A stretch of 63,703 bases of DNA, filler included, from Collodictyon triciliatum (GCA_043381765.1; 18 parts of 17 records of this genome joined end to end with filler, not necessarily neighbours in it), one strand, 5' to 3'. Positions 35,546 to 50,327 are shown, numbered from the whole stretch's first letter. Notes: a model not told the origin generated them from the letters alone. Made by a program: numbers and translations.

Positions 35546-35967
35546 TTCTGGGTTGTGTCTTTTGGGTGAGTAGCGAAAAGGGAGTCACTCGTTGTATGAT
35601 TGATTCATTCGAATTGATGACTGGGAAGGAAAACGGAAGAAAGAAAACTAAGGACAGTTGAATAAAGAGAATAAAGAGAATAAAGAGAATAAAGAGAATA
35701 AAGAGAATAAAGAGAATAAAGAGAATAAAGAGAATAAAGAGAATAAAGAGAATAAAGAGAATAAAGAGAATNNNNNNNNNNNNNNNNNNNNNNNNNNNNN
35801 NNNNNNNNNNNNNNNTTAATTAATTAANNNNNNNNNNNNNNNNNNNNNNNNNNNNNNNNNNNNNNNNNNNNCTTTTTTTATCTTTTTTTATCTTTTTTAT
35901 CTTTTTTTATCTTTTTTTATCTTTTTTTATCTTTTTTTATCTTTTTTTATCTTTTTTTATCTTTTTT

Positions 35968-36059
<92 letters not shown>

Positions 36060-37466
36060 CTTTTTTTTATCTTTTTTTGCCCAGTTGAGAAATGAAGGTA
36101 AGCTCATTGATCATGAATTTTTAAGTAAAAGATCTGAATCTTAATGTTTAAAGATAAATAAATAAATAAATAAATAAAAATAGAGGCTCGCCATAAACTC
36201 GGTTGGGGCAAGGCCAAGACACCCCTGATGGAGCAACAAGGCTCGCTGATAAGCAGAGAGCACAAACGTTTCCTCCATAGTTAATAGCTCCTTCCTGTTG
36301 AATCGAAGGTTTCTGATGAGTAAGTCACATACAGTCGTTCGCCTCACTCATTCGTAAGATCGTTGGTATCTGCGGTAGCACACAGAGGAATAGGAGGCTG
36401 GGAGTGGTCGGGAGTCGCTGAAACTAAGTAAATGCAATTAAAAAAAAATGGAGTGGTGGAAAAGAAAGAAAGGATGTCCCCTGAAAAATAAACAGACTGA
36501 ATTAAATGTGGAAAATATGATTATACAGATTTAAGATAATTCAAAGTATAAACAGATATTTCAAATTATACAAAACATGTCACAATATTACCATTATGTG
36601 TCAATAATTGTTACTTTAGGAACTTCGCCCTTCCACGTCATTAAGTATTATAAAATTACGCATAAAAACAATTGCACAAGACTCACCCAACTGGTAAAAC
36701 TTCCGAAAGTGACCACATATTTTCCAATTAAAGATACAAACATTGAATATTCTAAAATACAGATAATTACTCATTTTAAACTTTATTCATCAGCCGTTCA
36801 CTAAAATCGTCCTAAAGTTATCCTTTTCTCTGCCGAACAACAGATCCAAACCACAGACACACAACAATCCCCACGCTTCGAATCTGCCAGCACCCAAAGC
36901 CAAGGCAAAGTGGACAGACCATAAGCCAGAATAAACCAGCCAAGACAAAGCGATCGCCTTCCAGGACGCCTTGGCCCGAGTGCGGATAGCCTGGGTGTTA
37001 AGCGAGTCACAGCCAAGCGAATCTTAGGCCATAATTGAATAGCACTCATTTATTAAAAGGGCTCACCTTGAACGTTTGCTATAATAAGTTGAAAGGAAAA
37101 AAAAAAAAAAAAAAAAAAACGTTTGCTATAATATTCCTGTACAAAAAAAGAGACCGAGGCTGAGTTTTTGTGGATCAAGTCTGGGTTCCTGGTCTGTTCT
37201 CAAGATCCATGGTGATCCCGAGATTTACTGCGAGAGAAGGGATATATTTACCTCTCTTTATTTCTTTTTTTGGGGGGCTTCAAGACTTCGACACCTTACC
37301 AACTCAAAGAACGCCATGAGGCCGAAAACTTCCTTTTTCAAAGTTATCGATGCCCTCACTATTGATAACCTCACTTGTTTTCTCTTTAGCTGAATAACGT
37401 TTCCTACTCATTTTTCTTTCCGCAATGCTCAGGCCAAAAGTAAGAAAAAGCGCCTAAAAGTACCGG

Positions 37467-38628
37467 ATGCCGAAGAACAAAGGTTCGTCCCCACGTAGTC
37501 ACTGAGAAATACTTTCGATGTACCCGCTCTTTTACTCACTTTTGGGGTCGGTCACGACGCATATTTTTGAGTATATTCTCTGCTGCGAAAAAACAAATAA
37601 GCAAAACCTTTGCGGGAAACAAGTGTATTGCCAAGTCTTTCCTATATTTGCTGACGCTCGCTTGTGTTTGTAGGAAAGGGAGGCAAGAACCGCCGCAAAG
37701 GAAAGAACGAAGGCGACGAGAAGCGCGAGTTGATCCTTAAGGATGAAGGCCAAGAGTACGCTCAAGTTGTTCGCATGTTGGGCAACGGGCGCCTTGAAGC
37801 CCAGGGGTTTGACGGAACCATGAGACTCTGCCACATCCGCGGGAAGATGCGCAAGAAAGTCTGGATTAACCAGGTACCTTGTGGGCTTTTTCCTTTTTTA
37901 TTTTTTTTCCATGAAAACCACCATCGCTGTTGGTATGAGTTGACTTCATTTGTGTATTCCTTATTCATTCATTATATTCCCTGGGAAATATCCAATAACT
38001 GTGACCTCATAAAATGATAAAACTATTGGGCTTGGTTGCTTCAGTCACTCAGCTTGCAAACAGTCCGACTCACCCATGATTTTGTGTTTTAGGGCGATAT
38101 CATTTTGATCAGTTTGAGAGACTTCCAGGACGGAAAAGCCGATATTATCGTCCGCTATTCAGCCGATGAAGCCCGTTCTCTGAAATCGCTTGGTCACTTG
38201 CCAGAGAATGGTATGTCCCATAACTCTTATCCTCAATATGATATAATCAAGTTAAGAGTCTATTCCTCCCAACCGTGCTCGTGTATGATAAAACTAATAT
38301 AATCGCTAGAAGAAAGCCTTCACAATTTCTCCATGATTCTACGAAACACCATGAATGAGTTCATTTCTCGTCATTGATATTAAAATTAACTTGAACCTTT
38401 CTCCATCATTCCAGCCAGAATCAACGAAACCGACACCTTTGATGACTTCGACGATGACAGCGATTTTGAATTTGATGACGTGAGTCAATCCTTTCCTTGT
38501 ATCCAATATCGCTATGCAGCCGCATTTTCTGAGTTCTACTGTCACAAAACTCTGATACACACTCATACGCAATTCTTTTTCCTATGTCTCCTCTTGTGAC
38601 ATGCCACTTCCTCCGAACGCAGTTGTAA
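37467..38628 (+). CDS. EIF1A: Translation initiation factor eIF1A, complete, 5 exons
   Basis: [85 protein letters not shown]. Exons 37467-37482, 37674-37873, 38093-38210, 38415-38479 and an inferred 38623-38628. Confidence 0.97.
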
Positions 38629-39058
38629 AACTTCATCGGGCTCCCGTATTAATATAAAAGAATGCGACGCAAACAAACACTTGTCTTTCCTCCAAAAAAA
38701 CACAAGTCTGGCCCATAAAGCGCAAGATTTAAATCACAGAACAGCCAAGGAAAACAGTTGTCGTTTGAATAAAAGAGAGCGCATCGAATGACAAACCCAG
38801 TTCTCTTACACTCCTATAATTGCTGCAACTTGTCACAGTAGCTCTTACAGTCCGTTAGAAAACAACACGTCATCGCGCGGTATGAGATATGCGTCTTTCG
38901 ATAGGAGGATTAAAGTGTGTATCGAGACGGAGTTACTACACAGGAAGGTTGCCATCTAGCAGCAGAGGGCAGAAGAAAGGTTGCATAAAGAGGTTCTTTT
39001 TTTTTTTTATTCTTCCATTCAATTTTGTGCGGGGTGGTAGGTTGCGAAAAGAGATGAA

Positions 39059-39354
39059 TTATATTCCAGACTCGTCGATGTGGTCTGCAAATAGCTCTTT
39101 GCTTTGATCGGCAAATGTAAGTTGCATGGTGGCGGAGAGCTTTGTTACGAAGAAGGCGCCAGGATGATCACCCAGACTTTCCAGCAGTTGGTGTACTAGA
39201 GACTGGGTTAACTTACAAAACCAAGAAAACTAAGGAAACCAAGAAAATCAAAAACACACTCGTACTAAGCAACTTTTCATTTTAATATGGGAACAGAAAA
39301 CGGTTCTACATGGCTGGCAGACTCGATCTTCTTCAGCTGCAAAACCTGACCAAG
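39059..39354 (-). CDS. 3' end of an unidentified gene convergent with eIF1A
   Basis: Two putative exons: GFAAEEDRVCQPCRTVFCSHIKMK and SLVHQLLESLGDHPGAFFVTKL...DESGI*. Confidence 0.45.
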
Positions 39355-39712
39355 NNNNNNNNNNNNNNNNNNNNNNNNNNNNNNNNNNNNNNNNNNNNTT
39401 AATTAATTAANNNNNNNNNNNNNNNNNNNNNNNNNNNNNNNNNNNNNNNNNNNNAAAAAAAAGAAAAAAAAGAAAAAAAGGAAAAAAAGGAAAAAAAAAA
39501 AAAGGGAAAAAGGAAGAAGTACAGATAGAAGAAAAAGCTAGTCCTATGGAATAGGCTTCGCCGATTTGACGGGACAAAGTTATTAGTTATTTGACTGTTA
39601 CTTCGTTGGCGAAGCTGCGCAATTATGCCGCGAACGGAGTATAGATGTCGTTCACACCTCCACCAACCTGGCGGTGTTTAGTTTATTTATCTATTATTAT
39701 AATTATTATTAC

Positions 39713-39757
<45 letters not shown>

Positions 39758-39768
39758 CATTATTATTA

Positions 39769-39810
<42 letters not shown>

Positions 39811-40105
39811 TTATTCTTATTCTTATTCTTATTCTTATTCTTATTCTTATTATCGTCTTTTTTTTGCGTTGGTCTTTATTAGTTAAGAGCATCAAAGCTT
39901 TGTCTTTCGGGACTAAAGATGGAGGAATCCGCCTGATTCGGTCACAGCGCGAAAACTTTGTCGATAACTCGTTGCGCGCCCAACCGACTCCTTTCTTCAC
40001 TGTCGCGCAGTATCTCAGTTCCAAATGCGCATCTATGTGTATTGACGCCAGGTTGTCGTAGGGAAGAGCAAGAAAGAGGCGTATACTGCGACTTCAAAGC
40101 AGGCC

Positions 40106-42745
40106 ATGAACGATACTCCAGATCATCCGTGAGTTTACACTTCACTTCATTCTCATTCTCATTCTCATTTTTCATTTTTCATTTTTCATTTTCTTTCATT
40201 TTCTTTCATTTTCTTTCATCTTTTTCTTTTTCTTTTTCTTTTTCTTTTTCTTTTTCTTTTTCTTTTTCTTTTCTTTTCTTTTGTTTTGTTTTGTTTTGTT
40301 TTCATTCTTCATTTCTGTTTTTTTCAAATTCATTTATCTTTATCTTTATCTTTATCTTTTTCTTTTTCTTTTTCTTCTTTTCTTTTTTTCTTTTCTTTTT
40401 CTTTTTCTTTTTCTTTTTCTTTTTCTTTTTATTTTTATTTCTATCATTATGACATCTCTGACTTTCCAGACCTTCGTCTCGGCGTGGGTCGGTCAATGTG
40501 CACGCATTTCTGGTCTCTGACGTGAAAGTAGAAGAGCCGCAACCTCCACAACACAGGCGAGGTTCACAAGCCTTTCCGCACTCCGAGCGAAGATGTTTGT
40601 ATTGAGTCCCTCAGCTAAAGAAAAGCCAAGCTATATGGACTCTTGTTCTAATTACGCTTCAAACATTCGTACGATTGTCTTCTGCAGACGCAAAACCACA
40701 CACGGAGCAAGAATCAAGGAAAGCAGGTATCATGCTCAATTTGCCAGATGAACAGATTAACTCAAAGACCGAACATTTACCTTTCAGCCCACACCCGCCG
40801 TTGCATCCTAAGGTTATCTCTGTTATGTTTATATAAACACTTTATTTAATTTATCCTGGCCTGTCTTATTTAGTGTTTGTCACTTTTTTAAAATAGCACT
40901 CTCAATCTGATGGTGGAAAGGCTCTCCCGCCTATGTATCGTTTACTGCAGCATAAATTCGTTGAGAAGGTACTCTAATTAAAAACAACTGAGATATTCAA
41001 GCACGAGTTGTTATATTATGTACCTATGATCAAATATGCCGTGAATCTCAATCTGTTCATTTACGCAATCATTTAAATATTCGATTGGTTACCAAGATCA
41101 TAGTGTTTTTTTTTTAATATATTCTTTGTATTTTTCCAAATGAAAATTGAGAGACATGTTGTTTTATTGTGCCTTTTTTTTGAACATTCATCAAAGTGAA
41201 ATTGTGATGTTTCTTTGAAATGAACCAAGGATAAAATTAAACAATCAACCCTATTAAATAGACAATTATAAGGCATTTATAATTGAAGGATTAGTAAACA
41301 GATAAACAGATAAACAGATAAACAGATAAACAGATAAACAGATAAACAGATAAACAGATAAACAGATAAACAGATAAACAGATAAACAAGCTAAACCCCA
41401 ATCATTTTTTTACAAATGGAATAAAATATGAAAGGTAAAGCACCGACGTGAATCGATAGTATATTCCCAAAATTCGAATTCGAGGTCTGCTACCCCGTCC
41501 AGTGCTGGTTCAGAGTCTGAGACTAAAATTGTGAGCATCAACAGACACATGGAATCTTTCCCTTCATTCAATTTTTAAGAGTACCAATGAAATAAACCTC
41601 TTCCTTTTTTTTTTCTTTGAATATTTTTAATCTGTTCATATTTTTCCGAAATGCTTTCTTTTCAAGAACTTTTTTTTAAATTATAGCTTCATATACTTCA
41701 TCATGATATTGCAGGATTCTCAAGAAGACTCCCAATTTCGAAAACACTACCAAGATATTGGTCCAGATTTTGATGCCACTGGAAAAATATTTACCTCTGT
41801 TTCTCAAAGAGAGTTGATTGGTGGGGGAATTGCTGTTCTCTTTTTAAGTCTTCCAGTTGATTTCTGTGACCTGAATTTTTTTCTCCTTTGTCAATAAAGA
41901 AAAATCACAGTCACATTTTCCTGAGGTATCGAAAAACCATGTAGGTAAAAGCGCAGATTGCTTTTATCGTAGGATTATACCTAGGGTATTTTCACAATTT
42001 TTGCAAATGCAACTCATCTAAATGCGTTAAATGTTACAAAATATAGAATACAAATCTTCTTTTTCTTTTCATTATTTCATTTCATTTTGATTTTGATTTT
42101 GATTTTGATTTTCATCTTTTTATCTCTATCAATCACACACCACAAATTCTATACGCTTTATAATACCAAATGATCCAGATAGAGAATGTGAAGGTCCGAA
42201 GTGCTTCAGCAGAGACACCCCGTTCCTCTGATCTTCTAGTGCCTCAGACCACCGCCTTGACAAGAAATCCCTCGTATACGCTTCTCTGTGAAGAGGTTCC
42301 ATTCGCTTTTTACTTACATTATAAAGCGCTTATGAATGTCCTTTTGTAGCTACCATGTAAATCCAATAATGACAGGAAACTGAAGAGACGATCACCGAAG
42401 ATAATGAAGAAGGTACATAAATTCTCTGCTTTTATTGTATAGTATGATTCAAATGTAAAAATAAATAAATAAAAAAATAAGGAACCAAAAAGACTGATTC
42501 TTATGAATACCTTGGGCCCCCGATTCCATAAACAAAATCTTAAATTTAATTTTCTTCTGCGTGTTGCCATTTCTTTAGATGCAGAAATGAGGCAGCAAAA
42601 GAAGGAACGAGAAACACACGTCAGATTGTGGGAGAGTATTGATGCCGCTGCCAATAAAAGAGCAAGAGAGCAGCAAAGCCACACTTTCCTTAGATCTAAT
42701 AATGAATGGAAAACAGTTAAAATATGGGTTAGCAGTGCTGGATGG
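40106..42745 (+). CDS. Multi-exon protein with a low-complexity S/P/R-rich N-terminus, ending at a possible DUF4062-like motif
   Basis: MNDTPDHP|PSSRRGSVNVH.. splices in frame, followed by many short exons. The last visible exon ends EWKTVKIWVSSAG. Confidence 0.55.
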
Positions 42746-43038
42746 TAAGGATATATGCTCTACCATTATAAAATTTTTCTTAATTTTTTATTTCATTTAT
42801 CACTGTAGAATATATCAAGACATTTTATTACATACTGCCTTCTTCTTCTTCTTCTTCTTCTTCTTCTTCTTCTTCTTCTTCTTCTTCTTCTTCTTCTTCT
42901 TCTTCTTCTTCTTCTTCTTCTTCTTCTTCTTCTTCTTNNNNNNNNNNNNNNNNNNNNNNNNNNNNNNNNNNNNNNNNNNNNTTAATTAATTAANNNNNNN
43001 NNNNNNNNNNNNNNNNNNNNNNNNNNNNNNNNNNNNNT

Positions 43039-43134
<96 letters not shown>

Positions 43135-44103
43135 TTTTAACACCTAAGACAAACTTTGCCTAAATTATTAAATACTACAGATACCTCGCATGAGTCTTCA
43201 AGACATTCCTGTGCCACAAGGGTCAACTCCGAAACAACGAGTGGTTATCCCCTGCTACATTATGATGATACGAACTATTGTCCCAATAGCAAAAGAAATG
43301 AAAGAAGATTTGCGGTCTCTTAACCTATATCTTTAAATAATTTTGAGAAATCCGCACTTCATTCGGACTGATAGAAACAGTCAAATCAAACCACAAGATA
43401 ATCCTATTGCAGACACTCATTTCATTTCTGATTTACTCGAGCACTGCCGCGCCTCTTGTTTCATATTGACGCGAGAGCCAATCAGGTCTACTATCAGACT
43501 TTCACTGCGTCTGACCGTGAGGCTCTGGCACTTAATTATAAAAGAGATAATCTTCCCACTTTTTCTCGTCTATCCAGCCGAACCCGTAGGATATTACTGA
43601 ATATTTCTGTTTTGTTAGAGCAACCGCAGATTCTCTAATCAAGATCGCGTTTCTTTTGTGCATCTCATAATCAGTATTTTCAAAGAATCAAATAGAAAAA
43701 CTTTTCAATTCCAAGTAGGCAAACAAGGCGCAGAGTAATTTTTATCCCCTTTTTTTTTTTTTCCTCAGCCTCTGTTAATTTGAAGCCATGACTGGAGAAA
43801 ACACATGGCGGCGTAATAAATCGTGTCATTAAAACAGTATTGATAGTGCACAGTCATATGTGAAGCTAGAATAATCGTGGATGGCCGTCTCTTATGCTTG
43901 AGATAACAATCAACCACCCCGGGTAATCCTCGAGCATCCAACCATACCATTTTTTCCGCCCAGTTTTATGAAATCAGATGCTTTTCGCTTCCCTATTCAA
44001 ATCGTATGATGTGACCCGGCTCGATGAATATTTAAAATGCAGTTTGAATCATTCAATTTTCTTTTGTTTTCTTAAATGATATCAGGCCTTCGACAATTAA
44101 AGT

Positions 44104-46344
44104 CTATTGCTTCCAAGTTCGGCCACCGCGGATTACATGAACAGGGCAAGATTGCGCGCACAGACTTTTGAACAGTTTGAGGATATCATTAAGTATCATT
44201 TTCATACGTGGCGGATGATGTAGGCATTCCCACATGTATTTAATATGAGAATAGGACGGCATCCCACCTTCTTTTGATACGATAATCGCTCTGCGGTCCG
44301 TCTTTTTGGTTGGAAATGTCGATTCTCTCGAACGCCTTTTCATCCTCGATGGTGTATCAAATAGAAGGAAGACAATATACCTTCGAGATATCATAGCATT
44401 AAGACACCACTTTTCTGTTCAAAATAACATAGGAATATCAATAATTATCACTCAATTGTTTGTGATGTCCAATGTCTCGGTATTGATGAGGCGATGGACT
44501 GAATTGGGAATAGAGCTTATCTGGTTGGCGATTTCAAAATATCTTTTTGAGAAAAACTCGTCACGTATGATTGCCGATGGCGATTTTATGATAAAACTGC
44601 AGCTATTTTTCTCTATTTACCCTTTTCTTTTCGGTAAAGCACGTATATTATATGGAGGGAATTCTACAAATACATACTAAAATGGCGTCAAACTGCGAGC
44701 AATATTAAAAAGAATTATCCCATCTGTTTCTATCATAAGGCCTTCACTGGTCATTAAACCCGCATTTTTTTGGGACTCAAACGACTTAGTCCCCCTCAAA
44801 GCTATCATTGCGTCTGGAAATCGGCCCAGTGCCAAGGTGTAGAAACAGAATGATTAACGTCTGACTTGTTTCTTATCTGATATCCGGCCTGGAATCGTGA
44901 GTTGCCTGTCCTGATGCAGTTTCGTATCATCCTTATTTTCAATATTATGCGATGCAGCGCCAACAAAACAAAAAGAAAAAAAAGACAACAAAACAAAAAG
45001 AAAAAAGAAAAAGACAAAAAAAAACAAAAAAAAACAAATAAAGTAAACAAAAAACAGAAAAATAAAGTAAACAAAAAACAAAAGAAAAAGAAAAAGGGAA
45101 AAAGAAAAAAGAAAAAGAAAAAGCACATCGCACAACTATAACACACGAAGAGGATTTTCCTTTTTGTTTGATTTTCTAACACGGAAGATTGGTGATGATG
45201 TGAGGTACTCTGTTTAAAATGATTATATATTCGTATTAAATCCACAGACTTTCAAACTCTGTGAGGACTGTTATTTATAATGGAAGCTTCCCATCTATTA
45301 TGTGTTATTAGGGAAATGTGTTACATCGTTGAAACATTTTTTTTTATTTCATACCGGCTGCTGTGCATACCAAGCCACATTAACCCTTTCCAGCAGGAGA
45401 TTTGCAAGGGGAGCAATAATATCCCATTGGAAAAAAAAAATAAAGTCCCCTTAGACTCGCCAAGCTAGATATTTCTGGTAGTAGTGCATTTAGTTGATTG
45501 CTGTCCATACTGATTCTTCTGATATAGACAGGTAGCGATATGTCCTTTTGACAGCGACGAAATCTATTGCTTGACACCACAACGTGTGTGAGGTTTGAGA
45601 GAATATTTCTGGCAGCGCATATGAGAGTCGATTGTATGAGATGCATGTCTCTAAAATTAGATAGCGACGAAATATCTCGCGGCAGCGGCGAAAGCCGATT
45701 GCAATAAACTCTGAGCAGCGGTGTGTTTTTTTTTTTTCAAGAGAGACACTCCAGTGAGAAGAAATGAATGGTGATTTCCAAATACATAAAGATATCTCAC
45801 ATTTGTTTATCCCAATATTTCCTTTGGAAGCCATACTTTTAGATTATCACCAACACCAAGAAACGCGATGTATGTGAATGCCGATATTTCTCGAGGGAGC
45901 GATGACAACTCATAGTCGGACACATCAAATCACACAAGACATGTTAGCCTCGATGTTTCGCTTGGAAATGACAAAAGCAGACTACTGCTCGCATCAAAGT
46001 ATATCGGAATGACTAATGACGGTATTTCTTGTGGCATCGAACGTATATGATTGCTCTTACTTCCCAGCTCAACAAGCTTTGAGAGAGAAGATATTTGTGA
46101 TGGCAATGACGAGAGCTTATTTCTCTAAAGGCCTAGCCAGGACATTCTCGTTAGCCTCCGAATACCATCGGTCACACAAGCCTTTGGGAGAGACCTCCAG
46201 CTCTGTGCAGTCTCTCAAGTCGTTTAACATGCCTCTCGAATAGTACTGCGGGCTCTTATGTGACAAGTCCTTTGAATGGGCTGAGATAATCGGTCGTTCT
46301 GCTTCGGAAGGGGAATCGGGGGTTTCTGCGGCGATAGCGCGCAT
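44104..46344 (-). pseudogene. Decayed LRR-TKL kinase paralog
   Basis: Remnants appear in the expected order with many stops and frameshifts: LRDCTELEV (cf. LEHCTALAV), LSSLPREISAFT, NRLSYALPEI, SNQLNALLPEISSLASLRGL, TIPGR (cf. TPGR/APG at the kinase exon start), YFEIANQI (cf. YIQFATQI), PSPHQYRDI (cf. PRPIQHRDL) and TEKW. Confidence 0.75.
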
Positions 46345-46786
46345 TTCGTGGCGGGCTGGATCAGCGAGCTTACAATTAATTATTTGTTTATTATTTGTTT
46401 GTTTTTGTTGTTTTTGTTTTTTGCTTTTTGCTTTTTGTTTTTTGTTTTTTGTTTTTTGTTTTTTGTTTTTTGCTTTTTGTTTTTTGTTTTTTGTTTTTTG
46501 TTTTTTTTTTTTTGTTTTTTTTTGNNNNNNNNNNNNNNNNNNNNNNNNNNNNNNNNNNNNNNNNNNNNTTAATTAATTAANNNNNNNNNNNNNNNNNNNN
46601 NNNNNNNNNNNNNNNNNNNNNNNNTTCCTTTTTTCCTTTTTTCCTTTTTTCCTTTTTTCCTTTTTTCCTTTTTTCCTTTTTTCCTTTTTTCCTTTTTTCC
46701 TTTTTTCCTTTTTTCCTTTTTCTATTATCAAAGCCCACATCCCAGGAAAGGGAATGAAGTATCCAATTCAGAAAAAAAAAATGTAC

Positions 46787-49700
46787 TTCGTCAACAAATA
46801 CAATCGACCCATTCAACTCTGCGCATGCATCGAATATTTGGCCAAGCTGCGAGTAATATTCAATTTAAAACAAAATATATATATCAGCTGGTTGCAAAGA
46901 GCTTCAACAGATTTCATTTGATTAAGCTTCGGCTGATAAATGTTAATCAATATGTCTGTGAATCTGACTTTTTTCTCGGCCTCTCCATAGTATTTGCTCA
47001 CCACAGATTCAAGAGGGACATAAACCATAGGGACAGATGTCTGCATCAAGTATTGCGTAAACTGTAAAAACACCCCGGATAATATAAATATAGAAGAAAG
47101 ATTCAAATATTTGTAAATGAAGAGTAGGATTTCACTTGACTGGCAATAATGCGCGCTGTTGACGTTTTCCCGGTGCCGGGTGGTCCTGTAAATAGAATCG
47201 CCTTAGGGAGGTTACTATTGGGATATTTTCTTGTCCCCTATTCGTGAATGTTAGTATGAATATTTTTCCATGGGATGAAAAAAGAAAAAAAGAAGTTCGA
47301 TGCTTCATAATTGAAAATAAATTATATTATAAAACATTTAAACGGGCGTATCATCCACGGATATTATGAGAAAAAAAAAAGAGAAAAAAAGGTTGGCTTC
47401 TTCGTGGAATGGGTATGATAAAGTAGTTTAAGTAATAGATAAAAATCGGACAATATGTGCAACTACTCAAATGTTTACTTTAGATATTGTTTCAAAAACA
47501 TCTGGGTGCTTTAAAGCCAAAAGGATGTGGTCTTCCACTTCTAACTTAATAGAATCGCATCCTGCGAGAGAATCCCATTTGATTTCTTTATCCTGAAAAT
47601 TAATCAGTGATGAACTAGCTCGCATATTCGAGGTGTACGAGTCTCTCTGTCCAAAGAACTCAGGAGAGAGAAAAACAAAAAAAAAATCTACCTTTTTGGG
47701 TTTAAAAAGGAAAGCAAAAGGAAAAATTAATAGAAAATACTTGATACACAACCACTCCAAGCTGCTCAAGTTCTTCAATTATATCAGATCTTTTCTTTGC
47801 ATCCGCAATTCCAGATTGATTTGGATTATTGGCTCTGAAAATCAATATAGTAAAATGGACATCAATACACAATTATCCTTCAGATAAAAGACATACCGAT
47901 TAGAATTTTGCACTAAAAAAAAAAACGGTTTTGTTCAATTATGTGAATGATATAATTGTATCGAATAGTATGTTGGTCAGGGGTTATGGCAAAGAATCTC
48001 TGATTTAAATCTTAAGAATATTAACCTAGAATCTGCTCCTGAGCTCCCAAATCCTTGAATCATTTCTGTCTCATCCCGTTGCATCATATTTAGAACCTTG
48101 CCGATTGTCTCTATTTCCTCTTTGGTGAACTTTTCTCCTTTCTTCTGAAACTGGTTGTTGTTATGTTGAATTTTTTTATATTTTACTCGAATAAAGGGAA
48201 AAAAATGTTGAATTTTTATAATAAAAAAACACAGTAATCATTAGTTAATGTAATCGAACGAAAATAATATCCTTGCCAAACAGAGAAAGAAGGACAGGTG
48301 ACCTACTCGGAAAATAACCCCACTATCTGTGTTTCTGGCCTGGTGTATGACTTCCATGGATAACTTAGGGTGGCTAATACCCCTGAGATTTGTAAATAAG
48401 CCATTTTTGACTTCGTCTGGGTATTGGAGCTTGACTAGATCACGATTGACGCGGAATTCAATATAATGGTCGTTGCTACCGTTGACTTTTTCGATCCAGA
48501 CCTGAATTAATGAGAATGTAAAAGGTCATATAATAGCCAATAAGTCTCACCCCTTGCATGGCATAACCTTGGTACACTTTGAATCGAATAAAGGAGAAAA
48601 ATAGTGACCAATAACTGTTCGCGTGTTTATGATTACTTAATTATGTAAGATTTTCTTTTGATCCTCTCTGCCTTTTGTTAAAATGCTCTTTATATTTATT
48701 AGAAAAAGTGGAAAATAAAAAAAAATCATTTCATTGCATTCTTACAAGTGGGGGATTTGTAATGGAGAATTTTCTTGTCAGATATTCACGAATTACTTTA
48801 TCATCTTCGGGTTCAGCTTTCTAAGTTAAAAAAAATATTATTAAAATGCCCTTTTCTTTAATTTTGACAGAATATAATTGCATGCAAGTCATATCCCTTG
48901 AAAAAAATTGAGGGAATAAAAATGATAGAAAATAAGTTCGAATTATGCTGTATGTCATACTTTTTGGCACTCGATGTAAGGTGATTCCTTTCTTTGTTGC
49001 AAAAATACTGCGAATGCTGCATTAATTACGATTTCCAAAGTTAATATTCCACACTCTCAGAACCCACACCAAAGAGAAAGAAAAATTACTGCAGATTGTG
49101 TATGTTTATAAAACCTCTCTCTCTATCACATACACTACAACGAGCTTCAAGAAATACGTAATAAATAAATATAAATGATGATAAAATCCTCGACAATCTA
49201 CTCGACCATCTACTCGCTCAATCGAATCAAAAACATTATAAACAGGTCTGCTTCTCCCTTATACATACTTGAGACAATAGCAGACCCAAATATCCACTTC
49301 GATAAAGGGGGCAAGTCATTTGGCTGGGTGGAGACCTTTTTCATGGAGGAACTAGGTAATTTTTAAGCAGAAGTAAAAGGAATTATTATATTCGTATTCA
49401 AAATATTCATACTTGAAAGATAAAAAGCAATCTAACAGCATAAATGGATATACATATTCTATTTTACGTTTACAACCTATGCGCGTAAAACGAAGGATAA
49501 TTTATGAATTAAATAAAATGGCGATGAGTGCGACGGGAGGTGGTTTGGCATACATGTTCCTCATGGGTGTCCCTGTAGCATTATTCATCCGGCCGCATAA
49601 ACCGAAAGATCCTTCGGGATTAACGAATAAAAAAAAAATCAATTATTTCTTATTCTGAAATGAATGATGGCATTCAACTGGACTGCTTTGTCCTTGACTG

Positions 49701-49830
49701 CAGTCATGCGAGTATAAGCAAACAACACTGGACTCATCAACGACGTATATGGTTTATAATATATAAAAGGAAATGAGACACAGACCGAGCCTGCCAACCG
49801 AACGAATCCCTCTTGAAGCAATCAGCATGG
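46787..49830 (-). CDS. AAA+ ATPase (single-module, CDC48-like subfamily), multi-exon, 3' end missing
   Basis: WDSLAGCDSIK..LLALKHPDVF | GTRKYPNSNLPKAILFTGPPGTGKTSTARIIA (Walker A) | YVPLESVVSKYYGEAEKK | IVFVDE (Walker B). The 5' extent is tentative; a possible Arg/Ser/Leu-rich targeting peptide MLIASRGIRSVGRL lies at ~49830. Confidence 0.85.
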
Positions 49831-50206
49831 CCATACAACTAAGGGGCAGCACTTATTTTCCTGCGAAATGATATGATTTTTCTGCCACCAAAAAGAACAG
49901 GAAAGAAGAAAAGAGAGAGAAGATAACCAAAGAAACAAAGAAAAATGTGGTGATATTATATTTATCTATATAGTTAGAAAAATAAAATATCATGTGGTCT
50001 TTTTCTTTTTCTTTTTCTTTTCTTTTCTTTTCTTTTCTTTTCTTTTCTTTTCTTTTCTTTTCTTTTCTTTTCTTTTCTTTTCTTTTCTTTTCTTTTCTTT
50101 TCTTTTNNNNNNNNNNNNNNNNNNNNNNNNNNNNNNNNNNNNNNNNNNNNTTAATTAATTAANNNNNNNNNNNNNNNNNNNNNNNNNNNNNNNNNNNNNN
50201 NNNNNN

Positions 50207-50327
<121 letters not shown>

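Noticed and set aside
36311-36360. CTGATGAG hammerhead ribozyme core
   Set aside because: No GAAA follows the possible stem II, and stems I/III are not evident; the region looks more like a minus-strand 5' exon.
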